Of a stretch of 64,000 nucleotides of DNA, positions 19,054-29,608 are shown in pieces. The notes below the pieces were generated by a model. The model ran no database searches. It worked only from the letters and a program-made list of their open reading frames with translations, and was not told the origin of the DNA. Source of the stretch: Patescibacteria group bacterium (GTDB lineage Bacteria > Patescibacteriota > Patescibacteriia > PEXW01); assembly GCA_038065235.1 (NCBI GenBank), contig JBBTRK010000005.1, positions 22,389 to 86,388 of the forward strand, read 5' to 3'. Within the stretch, counting starts at the first letter, position 1; each line of letters opens with the position of its first letter. The translations under genes were made by a program, and so were the position numbers.

Positions 19054-20149
19054 ATGCCTAGTTTGGCTGACCAAATCCGCGGCCTCCAGTTGAAGCTTGC
19101 TTCAACTTGGAGGTTACTTTGACCTCGACCAGCGCAGACAGAAGCTCGGCGAACTTGACGACCAAATGGCGCAAGTCGATTTTTGGGATGACCAGGAACA
19201 CGCCCGCAGTGTAAGCCAGCAAGCCGAAGCCTTACGTAAAGAAGTGGGGGAGTGGCAGCAGCTCAAGGCGAATCTTGATGACCTTGGACACCTTGCCGAG
19301 GATACTAGTGGAGACGCTAAGCTTACGAAGGAAATTACCGAGCAGTTCAGCCAATTGCAAAAGCAGTTTGACGGTTTGGAGTTTCAAGTGTTGCTCGCTG
19401 GCGCCTACGACGATAAGGATGCCATCTTCGCCGTGCACGCCGGCACGGGCGGCACCGACGCGCAGGATTGGGCCGAGATGCTGCTGCGCATGCTGTTGCG
19501 ATTTTGCGAACGGAAGAAGTGGAGCGCGCAAGTTGTAGATGAATCGAAAGGCCAAGAAGCGGGTATTAAGAGTGCCACGGTCATTGTCCGTGGCCGCTGG
19601 GCATATGGTTATTTGAAAGCGGAAGCCGGTGTGCATCGCTTGGTTCGTATCTCGCCATTCGACGCCGAGAAGATGCGGCACACGTCATTCGCGCTCGTGG
19701 AAGTGCTGCCCGAGTTTGCCGATGTGGCGGAGCAACCAATTGATGAGAAAGATTTGCGCATCGATACGTACCTTTCATCCGGCCACGGCGGGCAGAGTGT
19801 TCAGACAACGTACTCGGCTGTCCGCATCGTGCACATTCCTACAGGTATAACCGTCGCGTGCCAGAACGAACGGTCGCAGAAGCAGAACAAGGAGACGGCA
19901 ATGAAAATCTTGCGCGCCAAACTGCACCAAATCGACATTGCCAAGCAGCAGGATGAGAAGCAAGCCTTACGCGGGGCGTACAGCGAGGCAGCCTGGGGTA
20001 ATCAGATCCGCAGCTACGTGCTGCAGCCATACCAGCTGGTGAAAGATCACCGGACCAAAGTGGAGACCACGGATCCTGACGCTGTGCTCAACGGCAACCT
20101 TGAACCATTCATTGAAGGCTATTTGCGGTGGCACAGAGGGAAAAAATAA
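19054..20149 (+). CDS. prfB: Peptide chain release factor 2 with programmed +1 frameshift
   Basis: ATG 19054, 22 codons to GGAGG-TTA-CTT-TGA-C (CTT 19117-19119); +1 frame carries the SPF and GGQ motifs. Confidence 0.96.
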
Positions 20150-20157
20150 AGGAGCAG

Positions 20158-20817
20158 TCAGCGTGACTGCTCCATGACGTCTTTGCTACCGAAGGTCTGT
20201 TGGATTTGCGCACTGAAGTAATCTACATGTTCCACCACCTGCCCTGCTTTTTCGAATATGATGATTTTGCGTTGGTCTTCCTCGCTCACCGTATGGCCAA
20301 GGTAATGCTGGAGGGTATCGAGGCTCCACTGGTTCGTGCTGCCAGGCACCGCAAGTGCGTCGGCCCAGATAAGAATTTTTCGTGGGACGGTGCGTAAACC
20401 CTGCACCTCCTGGAGCTCTTGGCCGAGTGCGTACAAGGTGTTGAGGAGCAGACCGACGCTGCGTCGATTGAGTGCCAGGAAGACCAGCACGGGTGTGGCT
20501 TCCAAGTGGTGCAGACGTTCGAGCGGGTCGGTGTACTGCAGCGTGTAGTATCCATTCGATTGGTTTCGATTGCGTACCACATCTGGGTGTGGCGGACCAA
20601 GCGAGTGCGTGTCCACGCGTTTGACAAGGCATCGGTCGGCACCACGACGGACCGCTTCGGCCGTACCCGTGGGTGAGGCCGTGACCATGAGCTGGTGGAA
20701 AGGTTTGCCCCGCCTGGAGTCACTCGACACTTTCGTGCAGAGTTGTACGGCCAGCTCTTCCGCCAAGCGGTCTGACTGCTCGTTGGGATGGGTGTCACCG
20801 AGAATGCAAATGAGCAT
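20158..20817 (-). CDS. Divergent LOG/SLOG-fold protein
   Basis: RBS AAGGAGG before ATG 20817; ICILG..AEELA..LMVTASPTGTAEAVRRGA..ER..L pattern of LOG proteins, but PGGxGTxxE is not recognisable. Confidence 0.55.
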   Translation of the reverse strand: MLICILGDTHPNEQSDRLAEELAVQLCTKVSSDSRRGKPFHQLMVTASPTGTAEAVRRGADRCLVKRVDTHSLGPPHPDVVRNRNQSNGYYTLQYTDPLERLHHLEATPVLVFLALNRRSVGLLLNTLYALGQELQEVQGLRTVPRKILIWADALAVPGSTNQWSLDTLQHYLGHTVSEEDQRKIIIFEKAGQVVEHVDYFSAQIQQTFGSKDVMEQSR

Positions 20818-20922
20818 GTTTCCTCCTTCACTAGAATTTTTCTTTGTCCTGACCCTAGCAATGCCCCGGGCTTTTGACAAGCAGAGGTGTCTGTGGGTAT
20901 CCTATGACTGACAAGCGGACGG

Positions 20923-22056
20923 ATGTCACCCATGACCCCGTCGCGTTGGCTTTTCATAACTACCCTTGCTGCAAGTACTGGCATTACCCTGGTGACGCCA
21001 GGTGTTGGTTCGTTGGGGAAAAGTATTTTCCTTGCAGTACTCCTAGCGATTTTACTCATATGGCGCGTAGGCGTGCGAGGTTTTGCGCTTGCCGTTCTCC
21101 TCGTCACGAGTATGGCTATTCGTAGCCTTGGTGCTGTTCCCATCTCAATCCCACAACCGACTTGGCTAGTGAGTGCTCGGGACACGTTCGTGCAGGCACT
21201 CACCCGCGCAATCCCAGACCGTGAAGCTCAGCTCGGCGCCGGCATGCTGCTGGGCGTGACTGATGGTATCGACAAGCAAACCATCAAAAACTTCCGCACC
21301 GATGGCGTCACGCACGTGGTGGCAGTTTCCGGCTCAAACCTCTCGCTCATCCTCACGGCGCTTTCCATGTTCGGCATCACCATGCTCTCACGGCGCTGGC
21401 GCGTCGTCATCACCGTGAGCGTCGCATTTGGTTTCACCATTTTCACGGGCGGGGAACCTTCGATGATTCGCGCTGCGGTCATGGCGTTTCTTGCTGTACT
21501 CGTTATGGCTCAAGGTCGCAAGGCGGCTGGGACAAATACCCTCTGCGCGGCCGCGCTGCTCATGATTATCTGGGATCCCACATTGCTGTGGGAGAGTGTT
21601 GGCTTTCAGCTCTCGGCTGGTGCGACGTTCGGGCTCGTGGCGTTCAGCGAACCCATTGCTGATTTTCTACGTCGTCTACGTATCCCCGGTGCGTTGCTGC
21701 TTGGTGCGACCCTCGGGGCAACGCTCACGACCATGCCGCTTATACTCCTCACCTTTCAGCAGGTCTCGCTGGTTGGGCCGCTCGCAAATCTTCTCGTGGT
21801 GCCGCTCGTACCTTTCATCATGGTGAGTGTTGCTATCACCGGCCTAGCAGGATTACTCGTGCCGTTCCTTGGTCAAGTTGCTGGTATAGCTGCCTGGGTT
21901 TTGCTCCGAATTGTTGAGTGGCTCACCATGACGGCCGCACGTTTACCAGCGGCAAGTCTCACGCTGGCACGACGGGATGCTATACTCCTGACCTTGCTCA
22001 CAACATTTTTTTTGATTCTGTACGGCCGTCGCCATGCCCGCCAGCTCTTCGACTAA
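20923..22056 (+). CDS. comEC: ComEC/Rec2 competence membrane domain
   Basis: GMLLG, FRTDGVTHVVAVSGSN, PSMIRA, GFQLS, ANLLVVP. Confidence 0.92.
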   Translation: MSPMTPSRWLFITTLAASTGITLVTPGVGSLGKSIFLAVLLAILLIWRVGVRGFALAVLLVTSMAIRSLGAVPISIPQPTWLVSARDTFVQALTRAIPDREAQLGAGMLLGVTDGIDKQTIKNFRTDGVTHVVAVSGSNLSLILTALSMFGITMLSRRWRVVITVSVAFGFTIFTGGEPSMIRAAVMAFLAVLVMAQGRKAAGTNTLCAAALLMIIWDPTLLWESVGFQLSAGATFGLVAFSEPIADFLRRLRIPGALLLGATLGATLTTMPLILLTFQQVSLVGPLANLLVVPLVPFIMVSVAITGLAGLLVPFLGQVAGIAAWVLLRIVEWLTMTAARLPAASLTLARRDAILLTLLTTFFLILYGRRHARQLFD

Positions 22057-22894
22057 ACGCATTGTCCTGCTCGCGTGTGGAGTATTTCTTCTCATTGGGA
22101 GTATTGGCTTTTGGTCGTCACGTGAACCCGAGGTGCTGCGCGTGTGGTTTGCCGATGTGGGGCAAGGTGATGGTACGATCATCCGCACACCGAGCCACGA
22201 GACGATTGTCGTTGATGGCGGGAAGCAAAATGATTTTCTCCAAGAAGTTGATGACCACGTACCCATCACCGATCGGACGGTAGATCTGGTCGTGGTTACG
22301 CACGCCGATGCCGACCACGTGACTGGGCTTACCAACCTTATTGCGAGCGGGCGGGTGCAGGCAGTGCTAATGAACCGCGATTCCACGGTGACGACGAAAA
22401 CGTACGCGCGGCTCCTTGCGGCAATCGAAAGTCAGCACGTGCCAGTTATCGAAGCGTATGCCGGGCAAGAGTATACCTACGGAGCAGTTCACCTGAAGGT
22501 GCTCTGGCCAACAGTGGGAGGATTAGCAAAGGCTAAAACGACCAACGAACGTTCTGTTGTGGTGAAAGTCACTTACGGGAATGAAGATATTCTCCTCACG
22601 GGTGATGCGCCGGACACCGTTGAGAAGCAATTGCTCCAGCAGGGGAGTGACGTCGCTGCAGAAGTATTGAAAGTCGGCCACCACGGGAGCGGTCATTCGA
22701 CAACATTGAATTTATTACAAGCAGTGCACCCAGAGATTGCCACTATTTCGGTCGGGGCGAAGAATACGTACGGCCACCCGGCTACGCGGGTGTTGAATGA
22801 CCTGGAAAAATTAGGTCTCGAGGTACTTCGAACAGACGTGCTCGGCGACATTTTGGTGGAGTGTTCATTAGTTATTTGTAAGGTGTATAAATAA
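22034..22894 (+). CDS. ComEC-type metallo-beta-lactamase-fold domain protein (split comEC)
   Basis: DVGQGD, VDGG, THADADH, NERSVV, LLTGD, LKVGHHGS, SVG..NTYGHP, RTD..G. Confidence 0.92.
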   Translation: MPASSSTKRIVLLACGVFLLIGSIGFWSSREPEVLRVWFADVGQGDGTIIRTPSHETIVVDGGKQNDFLQEVDDHVPITDRTVDLVVVTHADADHVTGLTNLIASGRVQAVLMNRDSTVTTKTYARLLAAIESQHVPVIEAYAGQEYTYGAVHLKVLWPTVGGLAKAKTTNERSVVVKVTYGNEDILLTGDAPDTVEKQLLQQGSDVAAEVLKVGHHGSGHSTTLNLLQAVHPEIATISVGAKNTYGHPATRVLNDLEKLGLEVLRTDVLGDILVECSLVICKVYK

Positions 22895-22895
22895 A

Positions 22896-22921
22896 AAGCT
22901 CCACATCATTTGTGGAGCTTA
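22896..22921. terminator. Bidirectional terminator-like hairpin
   Basis: AAGCTCCACA-TCATT-TGTGGAGCTT between convergent genes. Confidence 0.65.
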
Positions 22922-22938
22922 CAGGAAAATAATGAGCG

Positions 22939-23943
22939 TCAAGCAACTTTTTCGGTCGATGTTGGCGGGGGAGACCCTGGGACGGTAATGTTAACAATGG
23001 GCGACATGACGCCTCGGAGTTGCTCGAAAAATTGACTTGCAAACAACCCATGGTCTGCTGCCTTCCCTTGGTTGGAGAGGCCGACTTCCATTGCGTAGGC
23101 GAGCATCCACTGCTCGTGCGTTGGCTTCGTGCTAGTTGCTTCGAACATGAGGTTCACTTTCGTCACTATCGCTGACATGTCGATAGCGACACGCTGCTTG
23201 TGGAGCGTCGCAGCAGAGAGTGCCTGCAATTCCTGGATGATGACCGGGTCTGGATCGATGTCACCAATTGGGACGGCAGTTGCTTCTATGCCCCAGACCG
23301 CTATGTTCTTGTTGATCTCTTCCAGAATGCGCTGGTCGATCTCCCGTCGAACGCGTCCGCGCTCTTCGGGTGATACCAGTTCACCATTCATCTTCACGTT
23401 CAGGTGAACAATTTTCTGGTATGGGTAATCGCCAATGACCTGACGTAGGTACCGCAGCACAGCATCAACGATACGCTTGTCGACTTCTGCCCTGGCGATA
23501 CTCGTGTAGGCCAAGAGCAAGTTGCCACGCTTCCAGCCTATGAAGCGGAAGATTTTCCACCAACCATCCGGCCAGCCTGATTCGTGTTTGATGATGTGGA
23601 ATTGCACGGAGACGTTGCTCACATGGACGAAAACCGCGCCTTCGCCGTTTCCGTCAGGTACCAAAATAGTTTCGACTGTTTGGTGCGGCGCCTCATGCGT
23701 TGGGGCGCTGTCATCGGGCTGCGTGTAATCGCGTTTCTTGACGAGTACTTCAATCCGACGCTCAATCGTTGACTCTTCGATGTAGGTGAACAACCACCTG
23801 GGTAGCCAGATGAGCCCTTCATCGAATCTGATGGGTAGCCGTTGGCCAAAGAGGACAGGTATCCACTGGGTATTGGTCGGTACGACCCGAATCCCAATGC
23901 CTACCAACCCTCCAATGAGGATGATTAGAATACTCAGGAACAT
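22939..23943 (-). CDS. SPFH/Band-7-like membrane protein
   Basis: RBS AAGGAGG; N-terminal TM, GIRVVP.....LFG......EGL.W.P, LRQVIG, WGIE....I.DI.P. Confidence 0.7.
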   Translation of the reverse strand: MFLSILIILIGGLVGIGIRVVPTNTQWIPVLFGQRLPIRFDEGLIWLPRWLFTYIEESTIERRIEVLVKKRDYTQPDDSAPTHEAPHQTVETILVPDGNGEGAVFVHVSNVSVQFHIIKHESGWPDGWWKIFRFIGWKRGNLLLAYTSIARAEVDKRIVDAVLRYLRQVIGDYPYQKIVHLNVKMNGELVSPEERGRVRREIDQRILEEINKNIAVWGIEATAVPIGDIDPDPVIIQELQALSAATLHKQRVAIDMSAIVTKVNLMFEATSTKPTHEQWMLAYAMEVGLSNQGKAADHGLFASQFFEQLRGVMSPIVNITVPGSPPPTSTEKVA

Positions 23944-24192
23944 GGTAACCTCCTTTGTCACCTAGTTATTGTTGTTAATGTGCAACGCCTGACCCTAGCA
24001 CGCCATGTTTCCCGCGTCAAGGCAAGTACGGCGGGATGTAGCGAATGTTGAGACCCCCAGACATTGACAAAAACCCCAGTGAATGCTATCCTGCGACGTT
24101 ATGACCATGGGCTCCTCCTGTGGTAATAGCTCCACCCCAAAAGTGGACGAACATTGAAAAATGAATAACAGCTATAACGAAAAGGAGCCAGC

Positions 24193-25158
24193 ATGACACA
24201 GAGAAAAGACAGAGAAAATGAGCCAAAACCTTCACGGTTTGGGCTTGGGAAAAAAGAATGGTTATTCGTGAACGGATTGCTCACGTTACGACTTTGGTTC
24301 AACATACCGAGAGGCGCAACAGAGCTTACCGGCACGATCTACGGCCAAACCATTACTTCAACTCCTACTGCCACAGGACTCACCATGGTTGATGTACCAG
24401 GTGTCGATCCTCAACTCTCACCCCGTCTCGATGTGACGTGCACAACAGGTACGGGCGAAGTGTTAACGCACACGCAGGATATTACAGCGGAGCAGCCCAC
24501 CAATTCTGAGCAGATGAACGTTCAGTGGCGTGATTTTCAAGTAGACAGACAGTTGTTTTTGGAAGTTGGTGCCCGCGTGCTCTCGCTTGCTGGCCGGGTC
24601 ATCCCGCCAGTACCCGTGCGTTTCATGCTGGGCAATGATAAGCGTGACCCAATTCCGACGGATGCGAAAGGTATTGCTCAAACGACCTTCGGGCCGCTTG
24701 AGTATAACCGGACGTACATACTCTTAGTAGCAACGCCATCTAGTGGCGAGCGGACGACGCCAATTACCATTAAGCCAGCGCGCGCAGTTAAATATGACAT
24801 TCGTGAACTGGTGGTTAAGACACGGAGACCACGACCGGTGATGTTTCAATTGCGAATCAATGTTTGGGACGACGTCAAAGGAATTCCACTCAGCGGATTG
24901 CACGTGAACGTACACGTCGGAGCAGTACATCAGTCAGCTATCACTGACGACAATGGCATTGCGGAAATCACGTGCCCTTTTGATGAGGGCAGTGACGTTA
25001 CGCACTACCGTATCATTGTCGAAGATGGCAAAGACAAGAAGAGCTACATTCGTAGACCGACTGCAGCTCGATCCACGGTTGCAACGCCTACAGATGCACC
25101 ACGGAGTTTCCGTGAAGCGTTTCGTGCGGCACGTAACCCACAACGTAGGAAGGAGTAA
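24193..25158 (+). CDS. Hypothetical beta-rich protein with Ig-like segments
   Basis: RBS AAAGGAG; TDAKGIAQ and TDDNGIAEI motifs. Confidence 0.75.
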   Translation: MTQRKDRENEPKPSRFGLGKKEWLFVNGLLTLRLWFNIPRGATELTGTIYGQTITSTPTATGLTMVDVPGVDPQLSPRLDVTCTTGTGEVLTHTQDITAEQPTNSEQMNVQWRDFQVDRQLFLEVGARVLSLAGRVIPPVPVRFMLGNDKRDPIPTDAKGIAQTTFGPLEYNRTYILLVATPSSGERTTPITIKPARAVKYDIRELVVKTRRPRPVMFQLRINVWDDVKGIPLSGLHVNVHVGAVHQSAITDDNGIAEITCPFDEGSDVTHYRIIVEDGKDKKSYIRRPTAARSTVATPTDAPRSFREAFRAARNPQRRKE

Positions 25159-25161
25159 ACA

Positions 25162-26091
25162 ATGTTTTTCTGGATTGATTTTAGTTCAGTATGGTCGTCG
25201 ATCCTAAGCATCTTTGGGATCGGTGTCCTAGCATGTGTCGCGTGGTGGGTTCTCTACATTGTGTGGAGAGCTATTACCGATAACCTGCATGGTGCTCAGC
25301 GCCAGTTCGTTGCACCAGGCGAAAGAAATGCCCTACAAGACACCCCCCAGGGTGTCCTTGGTCGCTTGATGATTTTTTTTGGTACCACCCTTGGTGGCAT
25401 GTGGTATTGGTGGCTGCAGACGAACAACCGACGTGCGCGGGTAATCCTGATCATGCTCACGTTGGGCACGCTTGCCTTTACCTTCATCTACCTACCGTAC
25501 GCGTATCGCCAAGCGCAGCCAAACGGTTTGCGCGATGCCGTACTGACGGAGACGTTTGGGCAACAGCCGTTGTCTGGTAAATCAATGGTTCGTTCCGCCT
25601 ATATCCCTAATCCGGATGAGTTTTATGGGACGGCAAAGCCACAGAAATCAGCATCGGTGAAAACACATCCCGTAACGAGCATCCTCTGGTTGTTTTTCTG
25701 GATGTTTGCATTTTTGCCGTTTGCCTGGACGTGTGCAATTCTCTATGCGGTTATTTCACTCCGTGAGGAAACGTGGAAAGGTGCGCAGAATATGGTTGGC
25801 AAAATTCGCGACTGGATTAGCAACCTGAGCGAGTCTGGGATTAGCGGTACACGCAGTGCGGGTGGTGCGCAAGGTGGCCTCACCTTCAGTGCGCCGGTAA
25901 TTATTACCAGCACTGGCGCGGCTGCTGTAGACGTTGAAAAATCAACAGCGAAAGTGCCTTGGGTCAAGATCATGTCATGGCTGAAGCGGAACAGCGGTGA
26001 AATCATCGCTGGACTCTTCGTCATTGATGAAGTATTGGAACTCGGCATGGCGCGCCGGGGCAAAAAAAACCAAAAAAGAGAGGTTGAATAA
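25162..26091 (+). CDS. Hypothetical multi-pass membrane protein
   Basis: RBS AAGGAG, 3 nt after the previous gene; about 4 TM segments. Confidence 0.75.
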   Translation: MFFWIDFSSVWSSILSIFGIGVLACVAWWVLYIVWRAITDNLHGAQRQFVAPGERNALQDTPQGVLGRLMIFFGTTLGGMWYWWLQTNNRRARVILIMLTLGTLAFTFIYLPYAYRQAQPNGLRDAVLTETFGQQPLSGKSMVRSAYIPNPDEFYGTAKPQKSASVKTHPVTSILWLFFWMFAFLPFAWTCAILYAVISLREETWKGAQNMVGKIRDWISNLSESGISGTRSAGGAQGGLTFSAPVIITSTGAAAVDVEKSTAKVPWVKIMSWLKRNSGEIIAGLFVIDEVLELGMARRGKKNQKREVE

Positions 26092-26092
26092 T

Positions 26093-27136
26093 ATGTGGGA
26101 AGCAATCAAAAAACTCCCGGGTACCGTGGTCATCCTCATTGCCACGCTGCTGGGAATCGTTGTGCTCTCAATCATGTTTCCGGAGCGTGCGCAGATCCTG
26201 GCCATCCTTGGCATTTGCGCCTTGGTTTCGGTCGGAGCATTCCGGGCAAAACCAGTTGCTGGATTTATCGTTACCAGTCTCATGATTGTTGCGTTCGTGT
26301 TCTGGGGGCCGAGCATTGTGCAGGAGTTCAATCGGGCGAATGATCCGAATGGTACATTTGCTAGTTTCTTCGCAAAAGCGAAGGAGCAAACGATCAACGC
26401 CAACCGTGACTATGCGTCAGGAGCAATTAGTCAGGCTTCAGCCCTCGCAGGAGTGATGGCTGTCGATGCGAAGTTGAGCGCCAATCTCGAGGTGAATATC
26501 ATGCGTACGGGGTCGACGATTGACAGTGCTCAGCTTACGTTGCGTCCAGAGCAGGTCGACAGCTTAGTATTGGCAGCATCAACTATAAAGGAGAACCAAT
26601 TGGTTCTCCAAAACATTCTCGCTGTTGCTGGTATTACCAATGTAGAGCCTACGAAGGCCGCAGACTCGCTAGATACTCTCGTCGTTGACGTCGCCAACGA
26701 AGACGGCGCAACGTACAAGATTCCGCGTGGGAAGACTGCGGAGGTCAGCATTGATTCGGCTTGGTATACCTGCAAGTTTACCAGGATCGAAAAGTATGAA
26801 AAATCTTGGTGCGATGGCGATGGCTACACCATTGCGCCGAAGAAATCTGTTAGTGGGGCGGCATTTTCTCAACGATTCCTAAATCCCAATGAATCGATGG
26901 GAGCCGTATTGGTTTTTGACCAGAACAACCCTAAAGGGTATAGGCTCGCCATGGGCCAGACCATCGTCGTGCCAGGTGGCACCGTAACCATCGCAGTTAA
27001 TGACTGGCGTGGCGGAGTATTCGGTGGAATCGGGCTAGAAGGCATGGCGCTTTCTAGTAAACAAATACAACGTGGAGGTTTCTACGACAATCAGGGCTAC
27101 CTCCGCGTGCGTATTGTTCTGAATTCGAAATATTGA
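26093..27136 (+). CDS. Hypothetical membrane protein with C-terminal PA-IL/LecA-like beta-sandwich
   Basis: RBS GAGAGG; 3 N-terminal TMs; TIAVND...FYDNQG.L.V.I resembles PA-IL-like domains. Confidence 0.7.
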   Translation: MWEAIKKLPGTVVILIATLLGIVVLSIMFPERAQILAILGICALVSVGAFRAKPVAGFIVTSLMIVAFVFWGPSIVQEFNRANDPNGTFASFFAKAKEQTINANRDYASGAISQASALAGVMAVDAKLSANLEVNIMRTGSTIDSAQLTLRPEQVDSLVLAASTIKENQLVLQNILAVAGITNVEPTKAADSLDTLVVDVANEDGATYKIPRGKTAEVSIDSAWYTCKFTRIEKYEKSWCDGDGYTIAPKKSVSGAAFSQRFLNPNESMGAVLVFDQNNPKGYRLAMGQTIVVPGGTVTIAVNDWRGGVFGGIGLEGMALSSKQIQRGGFYDNQGYLRVRIVLNSKY

Positions 27137-27240
27137 ACCTTTTTACCGGGCGGCACACACTTCTGTGGCCGCCCTTTCTTTTTGTCTGCGAATGTGCTAC
27201 AATACATTCAGAAATAAAATTCCCAATTAAACATTCATCT

Positions 27241-29604
27241 ATGCACACATCCTTTCGTTTGCGCGTGCACATTGTCACCGCCCTGGTTATCAGCGCGGCG
27301 TTTTTGTTTGCCCCGGCAGTACGGGCTGCATACGGCGATGTTTCCACTTTCCTCGGCAAGATTTACAGCGGTGATGGCGGTACCCGCACCGATGCCCTTC
27401 TCGACTTCCCCGAAGATCTGGAAATTGCCAGTGACGGCAGCTTCTACATTGCCGATACCTACAACAACGTTATTCGGAAAGTAACCACCGCTGGTGTGGT
27501 ATCGACCCTGGCCGGTACAGGGGAGTACGGGAACAAGGATGGTGCTGGCGCTAATGCAACGTTCGCTCTGCCGCGAGGCGTCGCCCTGGATGACGACGGG
27601 AATGTGTATGTAGCAGATTCGGCCAACAACCGCATTAGAAAAATTACCCCGCTCGGTGTCGTAAGTACTCTTGTGAAGACTGTCTTAAAATCTCCTCAGG
27701 GCGTGATCGTAAGTGGAACAACTCTCTATATTGCGGATACCGAAGGCAATGCGATTCGTAAAGTGAGCACGAGTGGTGGAGTTTTGAGCACGGTATCGAC
27801 GAACGTGAATAAACCGAAAAAGCTTGCCTTATCTGCTGACGGTGCTTCACTGTACGTCGCCGATAGCGGTTCATACCGCGTGCTCGAGGTGAGTATTGCC
27901 ACTGGCGCAGCGAGCGTCGTCGCTGGCTCGGGTGCGGCAGGGTACTGGGAAGGGACTGGGGCCGAAGCGCAGTTTCGTAATGTTTGGGGCGTTACCCGTG
28001 ACGGGAACACACTCTACATCAGTGACGGCAATGGCCTCACCGACTACATTCGCGCTATTGATATCCCGACGAAAGCGACGAGCTTATTCGCGACTGACTA
28101 CCGCATGCAGGATTTGAACCTGCCAGTTGGTCTGCGCGTGTATGGGGCGAACGTTTACGTTGCGAACTCAGGCATTGGCACTATTCATCGCTACAGCAAG
28201 GCAACCCCATCTGATGAGGGTGCATTTATTGGTTCTACTCGGTTCGGTAACGTGAATGGGACGAAAGCGAGTGTACTTCTTGGTCGTCCAGCATCTTTTG
28301 CTATCACCCATGATGGCACGACGATGTACGCGTCGGTGAACAACCACATTCGAAAAATTGTTCTTGCAACTGGTGAAACCTCAACGATAATTGGTGATAT
28401 GGTCGATGACTACGGTGAAGGGCCCGCTGACCAGGTGAGTCCACGGACTCGCTTCAGTACCATATCCTCAATAGTCTTAAGTCCAGATGAGACAGCACTC
28501 TACGTCGTCGACCGTTGGAACAATCGGGTACGAAAGGTGACACTCGGGTCAACGGCAGCATCCTCGATCGTCTCTGGTGCCGGGTTAATAAATTCTAACG
28601 GAAGTATGGATAATGGGTATCAAGATGGCGGACCGTGTGTTACAGAATCATTAGGGCAAAGTGGATGTGCGTACTTCCGTGGTCCACAGGGGATTGCTAT
28701 TTCCCCAGATGGTTCAACGTTGTACATAGCTGACTCTGGCAATAATCGAATTAGGACAGTGCGGGTGAGCGATGGGCAGACTGCGCTACTCGCAGGCTCG
28801 GGCGCAAGCAAGAGCACCGATGGCACCGGAGCACTAGCGAGCTTCAACCAACCTCGTCGTCTTGTAATTTCTAGTGATGGGCTTACTCTTTATGTTGCTG
28901 AACAGGGCGGGAATCGTATTCGGGCTATAGTAATTGCCAGTGGGAAGGTGACGACCCTCGCTGGCCACAACCTTGGCTACGCGGAAGGGAAAGGTGTAGA
29001 TGCTTCTTTCTCTCTCCCGGTTGGTTTAGCCATGGGTCCGAACAACCTCCTGTACGTTTCGAGTGCTGGCGCTGGCCGCATTATGGTTGTCGATACGCGC
29101 ACTGGCATTACGACGCTTGTCTCGGGCGCTGGGCAGACCGGCTACAAGGATGGCGTTCGGGCAATCGCGCGCTTCAATGGACTGGCGAGCCTCGCCGTTT
29201 CTCCTGACGGTAAGACGCTCTACGTTGCAGATAGCACGAACGACCTGATCCGGACCGTGGACATCGTCGGGGGGCCGAAGTTCAGCCAGCCCGCGCCGGT
29301 GTTCACGAAATTCCTCGTGAGCAAACTTAAGCAAACGACGAATGTGAAGGCTACGGCGTACCTCGACATTTTCGGCAAGAACTTCCGGAATGGCGTCTCG
29401 GTTACGCTCGGTTCAACGAAATTAAAGACTTTCATGAAGAAGACTACGAATGTCAACATGCTCATCCCGATTGGCAAGATGAAACCTGGGTACTACGATG
29501 TGAAGATCACCAACCGAGATACGCAGTCGGTCATAAAGAAAGCCGCCTTCGTCATCACCGATAGCAAAGGGAAGATCCCGAGGGTATACTTTCGGGTGAA
29601 ATAG
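27241..29604 (+). CDS. Secreted NHL-repeat beta-propeller protein with C-terminal IPT/TIG-like domain
   Basis: Signal peptide AVRA; repeated P.GIA.S.DG..LY(I/V)AD..N.RIR; GKNF..G..V.LG...PGYYDVKITN. Confidence 0.92.
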   Translation: MHTSFRLRVHIVTALVISAAFLFAPAVRAAYGDVSTFLGKIYSGDGGTRTDALLDFPEDLEIASDGSFYIADTYNNVIRKVTTAGVVSTLAGTGEYGNKDGAGANATFALPRGVALDDDGNVYVADSANNRIRKITPLGVVSTLVKTVLKSPQGVIVSGTTLYIADTEGNAIRKVSTSGGVLSTVSTNVNKPKKLALSADGASLYVADSGSYRVLEVSIATGAASVVAGSGAAGYWEGTGAEAQFRNVWGVTRDGNTLYISDGNGLTDYIRAIDIPTKATSLFATDYRMQDLNLPVGLRVYGANVYVANSGIGTIHRYSKATPSDEGAFIGSTRFGNVNGTKASVLLGRPASFAITHDGTTMYASVNNHIRKIVLATGETSTIIGDMVDDYGEGPADQVSPRTRFSTISSIVLSPDETALYVVDRWNNRVRKVTLGSTAASSIVSGAGLINSNGSMDNGYQDGGPCVTESLGQSGCAYFRGPQGIAISPDGSTLYIADSGNNRIRTVRVSDGQTALLAGSGASKSTDGTGALASFNQPRRLVISSDGLTLYVAEQGGNRIRAIVIASGKVTTLAGHNLGYAEGKGVDASFSLPVGLAMGPNNLLYVSSAGAGRIMVVDTRTGITTLVSGAGQTGYKDGVRAIARFNGLASLAVSPDGKTLYVADSTNDLIRTVDIVGGPKFSQPAPVFTKFLVSKLKQTTNVKATAYLDIFGKNFRNGVSVTLGSTKLKTFMKKTTNVNMLIPIGKMKPGYYDVKITNRDTQSVIKKAAFVITDSKGKIPRVYFRVK

Positions 29605-29608
29605 TAGA

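Noticed and set aside
19097-19120. TTG start for prfB, or prfB as a pseudogene
   Set aside because: Explained by the canonical CTT-TGA-C programmed frameshift from ATG 19054.
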